Of a stretch of 64,000 nucleotides of DNA, positions 20,185-30,123 are shown in pieces. The DNA lies in NCBI GenBank assembly GCA_963842945.1, contig CAWJIM010000019.1, forward strand, positions 640,001 through 704,000, written 5' to 3'. This DNA comes from an uncultured Gemmatimonadales bacterium (lineage in GTDB: Bacteria; Gemmatimonadota; Gemmatimonadetes; Gemmatimonadales; GWC2-71-9). The position numbers were made by a program, and so were the translations under genes. The notes beneath the pieces were generated by a model. It did not search any database. It saw only the letters and a program-made list of their open reading frames with translations, and was not told the origin of the DNA. The first letter of the stretch is position 1; every line of letters starts with the position of its first letter.

Positions 20185-22410
20185 TCAATCGATGTCCGGC
20201 ACACCGCCCTCCTGCCGCGCCCCACCCAGTGAGGTCCGCACGATCAGCCGAAACATCCGCTCCGAGCCGGGAGTGAGGAAGCGCTCCACCGTCGGGCCCG
20301 CCGGATTGCCCTGATTGACGTTGTAGTTGCCGAAGCTGGCGTAGCGATTCTGCAAGACATTGGTCACCACGCCGCTGATCTCCCATCGGTCGAGCTCCAT
20401 CCCCACCCGCGCATCGGTCACCACGTAGTCGTCCAGCTTGCTGGTGACGTTGGCCTCGTCGCCGCGAAGCCATTGCTTTCCGGTGTACCGCGCGTCCGCT
20501 CCGACGTAGAGGTATCGGCCCACTCTCAGCGTCGCGCCGCCTTTGAGCAGGTGATCGGGCGACAGCGGAAACCGGTCGCCCGCCACGACCTGGTTGTCGC
20601 TCGGGAAGGGATTGAGCACCTCGCCCCCGTCCCCTTCCTCCAGCGAGCGGATGCTGAAGATGTCCGCCGGACTCTCGAACGTGGCCCGGGTATAGGCGTA
20701 GTTCAGGTAGGCGGAGTGCCCGCCCTTGAAGCGATAGGCGGCGCCGAGCTCCACCCCGACCCGTCGCGTCTTGTCGATGTTGACGAAGAAGCCGTCGATC
20801 GTGCCACCCTCCGGCTCCTCCTCCCCGAACGGGGTCAGGAAGATGTCGTCCCGCACGTCCATGTGATACACCGAGCCTTCGAGCGCGAGGTGCTCGGTGG
20901 CGTAGCTGAAGCCTGCCTCGAGAGTGGTCGCCTTCACCGGCTCGAGCGGCGGGTCGTCACCCAGCGCGAAAGGCAGCGGGCAGGGCGCCTCCGGGTCCGC
21001 GCACGCGTTCTCGATCACCGCCGGCGAGCGGAAGCTCTTCCCCCAGGAGGCGAATACCGACGCTCCGGGTCCCAGGGCGACGCTCACGCCGAGGCGAGGA
21101 TTCAGCCGGCTGTAGCGACCCACCGTGTCCGCCGAAGGGTCGAGCAGATTCTCGAAGGGGATGCGGACGTAGTCGTACCTCGCGCCGGCCGATAATGTGA
21201 CCGCCCCTCGCGTCAGATCAGCCATGAGAAAGGGCGCGATGTCCCAGATCGGGCTCCTCGCCTGGGTGGTCGACGACCGGTCGCCCCCGAACTTCACCGA
21301 GTCGGAGAAGATGTCGATCTTCACCTGGTTGATGCTGCCGTCCACGCCACCCCGCAGACTCAGCGCGAGATTCTCATCCAGCAGCGTGGCCCAGCGGTAG
21401 TCGGCGGTGTAGCCGAAGCTGCTGTTATAGGAGATGCCGAAGACGTCCGGATCCAGCGCCTGGTTGACGTTGAACCGCTCGGCACGGCTGCGGCGGAAAT
21501 ACACCGTCGCCGACCCGCGGCCGGTGCCGAGCTGGGTGTACCCCTGGAGCGAGCCCTGGTAGGACCAGAGGTCCTCGTAGTCGTTGGCGCTGAGGTTGGA
21601 GTCCGGGCTGGACTCGAAGATGGATTCCGGCAGCGAGCCCGCCGCGTGCACCAGGGAGTTGCCATACATTCCCTGGAACCGGATGCCACGGGTGTCATTC
21701 AGCTTGCCCAGGTTCACGAACCCGCTGTACTGCTCGGCCCCGGTCACGTCGCGCCAGCCGTCCTCCCGGTTGTAGTTCCCGCCTAGGTACCAGTCCACGC
21801 CGCCGCCGGTCAGACCGGAGACATTGGCCTCACCTCGGGCCGTGCCGAAGCTGCCGCCCGACAGCTCGACCGTGCCACTGGTGGGTCCGGTGCCCCGCGC
21901 GGTAACCAGATTGACCGCTCCACCCAGGGCGTTGCGGCCCAGCAGCGAGCCGTTGCCGGACAGTACCTCGATGCGCTGGATGTGGTCCATCGGGAGCAGA
22001 TCGAAGTTGACCTGCGAGGCCTCCGGCTCGTTCATCCGCACGCCGTCGAGGAACACCGCGACGCCCTGCGGCAGACCCACGACCGGCGAAGAGTAGAAGC
22101 CTCGCGAGGAGATGTTGAGCTTGTAGGGGCTTCCCAGGTCATCGTAGGTGGAGAAGCCCGCAACCTGCCGCATCGCGTCGGACAGCACCCGCGGCTCATA
22201 GGCGTCGACGTCCTCCGCTCCAAGCGTCGTCACCCGAGCCGGCACGCCGGATCCGACGGTGGGGCCGGCGTCCGGCCGAATCGTTCCGACGACCTCGATC
22301 GGAGGCAGCGCGAAGGCGCCGGTGTCCGCCGCGGCCGTGTCGGGCACCTGGGCGTGCGCGGCCCCGACGCCGAACAGTCCGGCAGTCACGAGCAGGCTCG
22401 CGAGCTTCAT
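20185..22410 (-). CDS. TonB-dependent receptor
   Basis: Signal peptide, IEVVG TonB-box-like segment, plug motif LDGVRMN...IQRIEVLSG...GGAVNLVT, beta-barrel ending NVLQNRY. Confidence 0.88.
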   Translation of the reverse strand: MKLASLLVTAGLFGVGAAHAQVPDTAAADTGAFALPPIEVVGTIRPDAGPTVGSGVPARVTTLGAEDVDAYEPRVLSDAMRQVAGFSTYDDLGSPYKLNISSRGFYSSPVVGLPQGVAVFLDGVRMNEPEASQVNFDLLPMDHIQRIEVLSGNGSLLGRNALGGAVNLVTARGTGPTSGTVELSGGSFGTARGEANVSGLTGGGVDWYLGGNYNREDGWRDVTGAEQYSGFVNLGKLNDTRGIRFQGMYGNSLVHAAGSLPESIFESSPDSNLSANDYEDLWSYQGSLQGYTQLGTGRGSATVYFRRSRAERFNVNQALDPDVFGISYNSSFGYTADYRWATLLDENLALSLRGGVDGSINQVKIDIFSDSVKFGGDRSSTTQARSPIWDIAPFLMADLTRGAVTLSAGARYDYVRIPFENLLDPSADTVGRYSRLNPRLGVSVALGPGASVFASWGKSFRSPAVIENACADPEAPCPLPFALGDDPPLEPVKATTLEAGFSYATEHLALEGSVYHMDVRDDIFLTPFGEEEPEGGTIDGFFVNIDKTRRVGVELGAAYRFKGGHSAYLNYAYTRATFESPADIFSIRSLEEGDGGEVLNPFPSDNQVVAGDRFPLSPDHLLKGGATLRVGRYLYVGADARYTGKQWLRGDEANVTSKLDDYVVTDARVGMELDRWEISGVVTNVLQNRYASFGNYNVNQGNPAGPTVERFLTPGSERMFRLIVRTSLGGARQEGGVPDID

Positions 22411-22436
22411 GCGGGTCATCGAGGTCAGATACGGGG

Positions 22437-23021
22437 CTAGCGGAGGGGAAAACCGGCCGAGCCGGCGGCGTCACCGGGCCGGCGCTCGTAGATCGCGGCC
22501 ATCACCACGCGGTCGGGCGGAACGCCGATGATAACCAGCCCGTCGTCGGCCGGCCCTCCGCCGTCGAAGTCGACGCAGCAGTGCTCGATGGTGACCAGTC
22601 CTCCGGTGGCAGCGCGATGCATGGCGGGGCTGGCCCCGCGGTCGAGCCGAACGAGATCGCTTTCGGTGAAGCTGCGCGAGCGGTCGATGTCCTCATAGAT
22701 GCGAAGGTGATGCACCCTGGCATCCCGCTCCGCGAGCACCAGCACGCCGTCATCGGCGTCCCCGCCGCCGTCGAGATCGTAGCAGCAGCGGTCCACCGTC
22801 ACCGAGCCCGTGGCACGCAGCAGGATCGCGCCCGCCGTTGCGGCGAGCAGAGCCGCCGTGACGGTGGCGAGGGCCTGCCGGCGTCGCCGAGGGGGGCCTG
22901 CCCCGGCGGGGGGCTCGCCTCGACGCACGCGGCCGAGGATCTCGGGGCCGAGCGACGCGCGCGGGGCAAAGGCGATGCCCCGAAGCCTCCGATCCAGCTC
23001 CCGAAGCTCCGGCTCGCTCAT
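22437..23021 (-). CDS. Putative single-pass anti-sigma factor with duplicated CCxDxDGGGxADDG motifs
   Basis: ATGA-coupled to the ECF sigma; short N-terminus, TM helix, two copies of the motif. Confidence 0.6.
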   Translation of the reverse strand: MSEPELRELDRRLRGIAFAPRASLGPEILGRVRRGEPPAGAGPPRRRRQALATVTAALLAATAGAILLRATGSVTVDRCCYDLDGGGDADDGVLVLAERDARVHHLRIYEDIDRSRSFTESDLVRLDRGASPAMHRAATGGLVTIEHCCVDFDGGGPADDGLVIIGVPPDRVVMAAIYERRPGDAAGSAGFPLR

Positions 23022-23579
23022 GGGGCCAGGACCTCTCGCAGCTTGCCGAGCGCTCGCCAGAGCCTGGTGCGTACGCTGCCTTCGCTGATCCGGAGGATCT
23101 GCGCCACCTCGGCGGTGTCGAGCCCGCTCCCGTACCGCAGGCCGATCAGCTCACGGTCGGCCTCGCCCAGCGTCGCGACGGCGTCGAGCAGCCGCCCGAC
23201 CTCTTCCTCGCGCAGGAGCCGCTCTTCCGGAGAAGGAGCCTCGTAGATCAGGTCGTGCATGGTGCCGAGGGCGACGTACTGCCGGAGCCGGGCGCGCCGG
23301 CGCCAATCGCCCAGGGCGTTCCGGGCTACCGTGAGAATCCAGGCCTTCGCAGTGCCGCGGGCCGGGATCGAAGCGGTCCGCCGCCCGCACCACCTTCAGG
23401 AAGGTCTCGGCGGTGAGATCCTCGGCGACGTCGGGGAGCGGGACGTGGAACCGGAAGTAGTTGTAGACCGCCGCCCCGTACGCTTCGTACCACTCGCGGC
23501 AGAGCGTCTCCGCGGCCTGTGCCGGCGCGGATCCGGAGGGGGCTGGCATGTCGGGAGCGGACACGAGTGGCAGGCTCAC
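23018..23579 (-). CDS. ECF sigma-70 factor (frameshift near 23360)
   Basis: Region 2 AEDLTAETFLKVVR...FDP; region 4 LGEADRELIGLRY...EVAQILRISEGSVRTRLWRA. Confidence 0.85.
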
Positions 23580-23641
23580 GAGAAGGATTACGTACGAGGG
23601 GGCCGCGCGTCACGCGGGCTTGTTGCCTCTAACACCCGGCA

Positions 23642-23700
23642 TGTCACCCTGAACGAAGTGAAGGGGCCCATGCCGGCATGGCCCCCTTCGCGTCGCGCTC
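23642..23700. repeat. Variant REP doublet with decayed right arm
   Basis: TGTCACCCTGAACGAAGTGAAGGGG-CCCATGCCGGCATGG-CCCCCTTCGCGTCGCGCTC. Confidence 0.7.
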
Positions 23701-23769
23701 CACCATCGGTCCCTCTCGGGTAGCTGGTTCCCAAGGGTGGCCGCCGGGAAGCCGGAGCGGTGAGCTATC

Positions 23770-24972
23770 TCACTGGATGGCGCTCAGCCCGGTGATGGCC
23801 TGACCCACGATGAGCGAGTGCATGTCGTGGGTGCCCTCGTAGGTGTAGACCGACTCGAGGTTCGCCATGTGCCGCATCGAGTGATACTCGGCCAGGATCC
23901 CGTTCGCGCCGAGCAGCCGCCGGGCCTCACGCGCGATGTCGCAGGCCATGTTCACGTTGTTCCGCTTGCACAGCGAGACCTGGTCCGGCGTCATGGTGCC
24001 GGCGTCCTTGAGCCGGCCGAGCTGGAGGGTCATGAACTGCGCCTTGGTGATCTCGGTCAGCATGTCCACCAGCCGCACCTGCTGGATCTGCGTCTGCGCG
24101 ATGGGCCGGTCGAACATCACCCGCTGCTGCGCGTAGCGGAGCGCCTCGTCGTAGCACGCCATCGCCGCCCCGATCGCTCCCCAGGCGATGCCGTAACGGG
24201 CCTGGGTCAGGCACATGAGCGGGCTCTTGAGACCGCCCGACTTGGGCAGGATCGCGTCCTTCGGCAGATGGACGTCCTGGAGATGGATCTCGCTGGTGTC
24301 GCTGGCGCGCAGCGAAAGCTTCCCCTTCTGGTCCTTGCCCGTATACCCCTTGGTATCGGTGGGAACGATGAAGCCGCGAATCGTACGGGGATCCTTGATG
24401 TCGCCCGTCTTGGCCCAGATGACCGACACCGTGGCCTGGGAGCCGTTGGTGATCCACATCTTGGTGCCGTTGAGCACCCAGCCGTCCTTGGTCTCCCGCG
24501 CGGTGGTGATCATGCCGCCGGGGTTGGACCCGTAGTCCGGCTCGGTCAGCCCGAAGCAGCCGATCTCCTGCCCCGACGCCAGCAGCGGCAGCCACTTCTT
24601 CTTCTGCTCGTCGGACCCGAAGGCGTAGATCGGGTACATCACCAGCGCGCCCTGCACCGAGGCGAAGGAGCGGATCCCCGAGTCGCCCCGCTCCAGCTCC
24701 TGCATGATGAGGCCGTACGCCACGTTGTTGAGCCCGGCGCAGCCGTACTCCTCCGGCAGGTTGGCCCCGAAGAGCCCCAGCTCGGCCATGCCGGCGATCA
24801 GCTGCTTCGGGAAACGCCCCTCGATGTAGGCCTCGCCGATGACCGGGATGAGGTTCTCGTCCACCCAGGTGCGGACAGTGTCGCGGACCGCGCGCTCCTC
24901 CTCGGAGAGGAGGGTGTCGAAGTTCAGGAAATCGACCCCGGCGAACTGGGACGTGGGGGCGGCGGTGGCCAT
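23770..24972 (-). CDS. gcdH: Acyl-CoA dehydrogenase, glutaryl-CoA dehydrogenase-like
   Basis: ELERGDSGIRSFASVQ, FGLTEPDYGSNPGGM, NLESVYTYEGTHDMH. Confidence 0.85.
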   Translation of the reverse strand: MATAAPTSQFAGVDFLNFDTLLSEEERAVRDTVRTWVDENLIPVIGEAYIEGRFPKQLIAGMAELGLFGANLPEEYGCAGLNNVAYGLIMQELERGDSGIRSFASVQGALVMYPIYAFGSDEQKKKWLPLLASGQEIGCFGLTEPDYGSNPGGMITTARETKDGWVLNGTKMWITNGSQATVSVIWAKTGDIKDPRTIRGFIVPTDTKGYTGKDQKGKLSLRASDTSEIHLQDVHLPKDAILPKSGGLKSPLMCLTQARYGIAWGAIGAAMACYDEALRYAQQRVMFDRPIAQTQIQQVRLVDMLTEITKAQFMTLQLGRLKDAGTMTPDQVSLCKRNNVNMACDIAREARRLLGANGILAEYHSMRHMANLESVYTYEGTHDMHSLIVGQAITGLSAIQ

Positions 24973-25042
24973 AAGCTCCTCGGGCATGGTCGGTTGGTTG
25001 GCAGGGGGTAAGATAGCCCGCCCGCCGACCCCGCGGCAGCAC

Positions 25043-25058
25043 TGGTTTGGATCTTGCT
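25043..25058 (+). promoter_or_regulatory. Candidate sigma54 -24/-12 promoter of the GT4-asnB unit
   Basis: TGGTTTGGATCTTGCT (GG-N10-GC). Confidence 0.4.
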
Positions 25059-25210
25059 TCCGCGCCCCTTGCGCGGGGCCTCCGGGCACCAGAGACCTTA
25101 GCTCAGCCCAGCCCGAGCCGATCAGCCGCCCTGACGCTGTAACCTCTTCCGCTGGAGGTGGGTACGCCCCTCGGCACCGGGACCGCACTCGACCGTAGGA
25201 CCCGAGTGCG

Positions 25211-26404
25211 GTGAGGATTCTCCTGCTTGCCCCCCAGCCCTTTTTTCAGGCCCGCGGCACGCCCATCGCCGTGAGGCTGGTCCTGGAGTTCCTCACCGGT
25301 CGCGGACACCAGGTCGACGTGCTCACCTACCACGAGGGGAGCGACGTCGAGATCCCCAATTGCCGTATCGCGCGAATCCCGCGCATCCCTGGGGTACGGA
25401 ATATCCGGCCGGGCTTCTCCCTCAAGAAAGTGCTGTGCGATGCGGTGATGCTCGCGAGTTGCGCCCGCATGATGCGCCGGACCCGGTACGACCTGGTGCA
25501 CGCGGTGGAGGAGTCGGCCTTCATCGCCGCCGCGCTCCAGCCCTTCACCGGCGTTCCCTACGTCTACGACATGGACTCCTCGCTGGCCGAGCAGATGATC
25601 GATGCCTACCCGGCCTTGGGGCCGGTGGGGCCGATCCTGCGCTGGTGCGAGGCGGTGGCGGTGCGGCGGAGCGCCGGCGTCCTGACCGTGTGCGCCGCGC
25701 TGCAGGACATCGCGCAGGGCCACGCGCCGAGCACGCCGGTCGGACGGGTGGAGGACACGACGCTCCTCGCCCCCGGCAACGGTGCCGAAGGGCCGAAGCA
25801 CCTGCCTCCCGAGACGGCGGGTGCCCCGGTCGCCATGTACGTGGGGAACCTGGAGCGCTACCAGGGCATCGACCTGCTCCTCGAGGGCTTCCGCCACACC
25901 CTGAGCCAGATGGAGGAGGCCAGGCTGGTGATCGTGGGCGGGGCGAAGGACGACATCGAGCGCTACGGCCGCCGGGCTTCCGCGCTCGGCATCGGTCAGG
26001 CGGTCCACTTCCTGGGACCGAAGCCGGTGTCCGAGCTGGCCGATCTGCTTCGCGAGGCGGACGTGCTGGTCTCGCCTCGCCTCAAGGGCACCAATACGCC
26101 GATGAAGATCTACTCCTACCTGGACTCCGGCACCGCCGTCCTCGCGACTCGACTGCGCACCCACACCCAGGTGCTCGACGATCGCACCGCCTATCTGGTG
26201 GATCCCGAGCCGATCGCCCTCGGCGCCGGCCTCGCCAAGCTGCTGAAGGACGACTCCCTGCGCCAGGGACTCGCCGCCCGCGCGAAGGACCACGTGCGCC
26301 GCGAGTTCACTCCCGAGGCCGCGGCGACGCAAGCTGGCGGCCTTCTACTCCACCATCGAGTCGCGTTGACCGCGCTGTCATCATTCACGCACCCAACGCA
26401 TTGA
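25211..26404 (+). CDS. Glycosyltransferase family 4
   Basis: APQPFFQARGTP, YVGNLERYQGID, TNTPMKIYSYL. Confidence 0.88.
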   Translation: MRILLLAPQPFFQARGTPIAVRLVLEFLTGRGHQVDVLTYHEGSDVEIPNCRIARIPRIPGVRNIRPGFSLKKVLCDAVMLASCARMMRRTRYDLVHAVEESAFIAAALQPFTGVPYVYDMDSSLAEQMIDAYPALGPVGPILRWCEAVAVRRSAGVLTVCAALQDIAQGHAPSTPVGRVEDTTLLAPGNGAEGPKHLPPETAGAPVAMYVGNLERYQGIDLLLEGFRHTLSQMEEARLVIVGGAKDDIERYGRRASALGIGQAVHFLGPKPVSELADLLREADVLVSPRLKGTNTPMKIYSYLDSGTAVLATRLRTHTQVLDDRTAYLVDPEPIALGAGLAKLLKDDSLRQGLAARAKDHVRREFTPEAAATQAGGLLLHHRVALTALSSFTHPTH

Positions 26405-26416
26405 TTGGAGCTATTC

Positions 26417-28232
26417 GTGGGAGCTGTCTACGGCATCTTGGGTGGGGCGGACCGCGGCGAGCTGCGCGCCATAGGAGCGAGGCTCGAGCATCGCGGGGCG
26501 GAGTCGGCGGAGTGGTCTCCGGCCGAGGGCGTGTGGCTCGGCGTCCGCGGCTCGGTGGCCGTGGTGGGGCGCCAGCGCGACGGTGCGGTCGTGTTCGACG
26601 GCTCGATCGACAATCGAAGGGAGCTCGCCCGCGTCCTGGGCCGGGCCTCGGGAACTGGGGAGCCCGCGCGGGACGGCGTGCTCGCGGGAGAGCTCTGGGA
26701 GGCCTCGGTGAGGAGGGGCTGGCGCGGATCGCGGGCCAGTTCGCCCTCGCCCTGTGGGACTCGCGCAATCGCCGCGTGGTCCTCGCCCGCGACCGGGTGG
26801 GATATGCCCCGCTCTACTTCGCGCTGGATGGCGACGGCTGATCTTCGCGAGCGAGTACAAGGCATTGCTTGCCATTCCGTCCATTCCCGCCGTCGCCAAC
26901 CGCGCCGCCCTCCAGGCGATCCACAACACCAAGTGGGTCCTGCCCGGATTCACCTGCATCCAGGGCGTGCATCCCGTGGCGCCGGGCACGCTGGTGGAGG
27001 TGCAGGAGGGACGCGCGGGGAGCCGCCGCTTCTGGGACATCCCGGTCCGCGCCGCGGACCGGGACGAGGCGGGACATGCCGCGCGCCTGCGGGAGAGCTT
27101 CCTGGAGACCCTCCGGATGCAGGCGGAGCCGTACGAGCGGATCGGTGTCTCGCTGAGCGGAGGCCTCGACTCGGCGGTGGTCGCAGCGGGCGCGCGGCGC
27201 GATCGCCGGCGATCGGGAGGTCCACACCTTCTCGGCGGGCTACGGTGAGGACGATCGCGAGCTGGTGAACGCGGCGATCGTGGCGCGCGAGCTGGGCACG
27301 GTCCACCATCCCGTGGTGCTCGACCCCGACGATCTGCCGGGCCTGCTGCCCTGGATGGTCTGGCACCTGGAGGAGCCGATCGGCCGCGAGGACATCGCCT
27401 ACCTCTTCGTCGCGGCGCGGGAGGCGTCGCGCTACGTCGATCTGATCGTCACCGGCTTCGGCTTCGACGGCCTCTTCGCCGGACTGCCAGGCACCGGCTG
27501 GTGGACCTGGGCGTGAAGTACCCCGTGTTCCGGCGCCCGCTCGAGGAGTTCTTCGACTATACCTATCGGAGCGTGGAGCCCCGGACGCTGGCCGGGTCGC
27601 GCGCTGAAGAAGGCGTACTTCCGGGGACGCGAGTTCCCCGCCCCGCAGCTGCTCGGCACGCCACCCCTCGCGCCGTTCCCCGGCTTCCCCCGCGGCGGCG
27701 ATCAGCCGCTCACCAACTTCCTCCGACGCGGGCTTTCTCACCCTGCCCTATCAGCACGCGGTCGAGCGACTCTACGCCGGTGTCGGGATGCGGATGAACG
27801 CGCAGCATACCAATCCCGACTTCCTCGCGGCGGCCTTCTCGATTCCGGACAGCCTCAAGATCCACGGGCGGACGCAGAAGTACATCCTCCGCCGGGCCTG
27901 CGAAGGTCTGCTGTCGCCGTCGATCCTGGCCACCGGGAAGAGCTTCAATCGGCTCAAGCACGACACCCGGATGTCCGAGCTGCTCGACTCGCTGGCGGAC
28001 GATCTGCTCTCCCGGCCGGTGCTGGCCTCACGCGGACTGTTCGACCCGCGCTACGTGGCCAGCTTCGGCGTCGGCCTGCGGGCCTGCCGTACAGCCAGGA
28101 GCGGGCCTACCGCCTCTGGTCCCTGCTCCTCACCGAGATCTGGTCCCGTCACTTCATCGACCGGCGCGGGGCGGCGCCGACGAACCCGCTGCCGCCGGTG
28201 CGCCGGCTCACCCGGAAAGCGCGGCGGCCTGA
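26417..28232 (+). CDS. Asparagine synthetase B-like protein lacking the N-terminal Cys (many frameshifts; end approximate)
   Basis: LEHRG, FDGSIDNRREL, GQFALALWD...LARDRVG, FASEYKAL, SLSGGLDSA, QKYILRRA pieced across frames. Confidence 0.8.
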
Positions 28233-28293
28233 AGCCAGAGGGGCCGCGCGGCGATCGTCGCGCGGCCCTTGCGGAGGCGTGTCGGGGAGTGGG

Positions 28294-29320
28294 TTACGCC
28301 GGCGAGACCTGCGCCAGATCGCTGGCCTGCTCGATCTGCAGGTAGCCCTGCTCGCGGTACCACCGGCCGGTGCGCCGCAGTCCTTCGTCCAGGTCGACGC
28401 GCGGCGCGTAGCCCAGCTCCCGCTTGGCCCTGGTGATGTCGAACGCGCGGTTCTGCCGGTACCAGTCCACCCGCCGCGGGAAGATGGGCGGCGTGATCCC
28501 GAACGGCTTGCACGCCTTCTCCACCACGTGCCCGACGGCCACCACCGGCCAGACGGGATAGTGCGGGATGCGCAGAGGCACGTCGAGCGCGCGACCGACC
28601 GCCTTCACGATCTCCTCGATCGGATAGTAGTGCTCATCGGCGATGAGATACTCCCGACCGTTGCCGACGCCCGGGCGCCAGGCAGAGCATGAACGCGTCC
28701 ACCAGGTTGTCGATGTAGAGCGGGTGGTAGAGCGTCTTGCCGCTGCCGAACATCGGGAAGGTGCCGCGGGCGACGCGCTTGAAGATCATGAAGAACCGCT
28801 CCGGATCGCCCGGGCCGTAGATCGCCGCCGGCCGGAGGATCACCATCTCCATCTTGCCCGCCGTCAGCTGCTTCACCAGCGGCTCGGCCTCGTACTTGGT
28901 GCGCTGGTAGTAGTCCGCCGGCTGGATCGGCGCGTCCTCGTTGGCCGGGGGATGATCCACGTTCCCGTGGACTCCGCACGTGCTGCAGTACACGAACTTC
29001 CACACGCCGGCCCGAATGGCTTCCTCGGCCACGATCCGGGTGCCGTTGACGTTGACGTCGTCGTAGAACGAGTTGGGGACGTTGAGCTCGCGGAAGGCAG
29101 CCGCGAGATGAAAGACGTACTCGACGCCCTTCATGCTTCGCTGCACCGCGGCACGGTCGGTGACCGACCCCAGGACCACCTCGGCGCCCATGGCGCGGAG
29201 GCTGTCGCACTGAAGGCCGTCCTTGTAGTCCAGGGCCACGACCTGGTGACCCGCGCCGATGAGGCGTCGAACCAGTGCCGTACCGGTGAACCCTGTCCCG
29301 CCCGTGACCAGGACCCGCAT
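28294..29320 (-). CDS. NAD-dependent epimerase/dehydratase (frameshift near 28670)
   Basis: VTGGTGFTG, YQRTK, RPAAIYGPGD; C-terminus in ORF 28294-28608. Confidence 0.85.
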
Positions 29321-29468
29321 GCTGACTCCTTGGATGGCTGTTCGAACGCCGGATCCGACGACCGCTTACAAAAACCATGCCCCTGCGGCACTTCCGACAC
29401 AGGCCAGTGCTGCTTGAGGTTGCTTCCAGCCGGTAGGATCCAGGCCTGCAGAGTGTCGCGTCGGCGCG

Positions 29469-29897
29469 TCAGGCTGCCTCGGTCCCGTCGCGCCCGCGCA
29501 CGATGCGAAAGAGAAGGGGATCCGCGTGGTGCGCCGTCCCCCGTACACCCACCGTCAGAATATGTCCGGAGCCGACCTCCCACCAAAGGGCGACGGGCTC
29601 CGGCCCGGTGGCCCGTGCCCAACCCCTCGGCCATGCCCCTTCCATGGCGAGCCTCGCCTCGGCAACCGGCGTCGCGCCGCCTGTTGCCTTGCACACCGAC
29701 TCCTTGCAGCTCAACACCGTGACCATCGCCAGCCGAAACGAGGGTTGGGACCCACACCAGACCCGCTCCGCCGGTGAGAGCCAGCGGCGAGCCGCTCGCT
29801 CCACCGCGTCCGGCGCCAGATGCTCGAACGTGTTGGGGTCGGCGAGGTCGATCCCCACCCCGCCGGCGCTAGGCGACCGAGCCGCGCCGCCGTCCAA
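29469..29897 (-). CDS. 4'-phosphopantetheinyl transferase (AcpS-like)
   Basis: GVGIDLAD, LSPAER, SCKESVCKA; adjacent to the ACP. Confidence 0.7.
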   Translation of the reverse strand: MDGGAARSPSAGGVGIDLADPNTFEHLAPDAVERAARRWLSPAERVWCGSQPSFRLAMVTVLSCKESVCKATGGATPVAEARLAMEGAWPRGWARATGPEPVALWWEVGSGHILTVGVRGTAHHADPLLFRIVRGRDGTEAA

Positions 29898-30123
29898 GGG
29901 CGTCCAGGATGGCCGTGAATGAGGTGAGTCCCTTCACCTCGGTGCTGGAGAAGACCACGCCGAACTCGCTTTCGAGCTGCGAAATGAGCATGAGGTGGTT
30001 GAGTGAGGTCCAGGCGCTCGAGGTCTCCGGGGAGAGCTCCGGGCCGATCTCGCCGGGCGGCAGATCCAGCACCTGCGCCATCACCTCGCGGACCCGCACC
30101 GCTACCTGCGACTGGTCGGTCAT
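29869..30123 (-). CDS. Acyl carrier protein
   Basis: 84 aa; WTSLNHLMLISQLESEFGV (variant of WDSL). Confidence 0.85.
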   Translation of the reverse strand: MTDQSQVAVRVREVMAQVLDLPPGEIGPELSPETSSAWTSLNHLMLISQLESEFGVVFSSTEVKGLTSFTAILDALGRRRGSVA

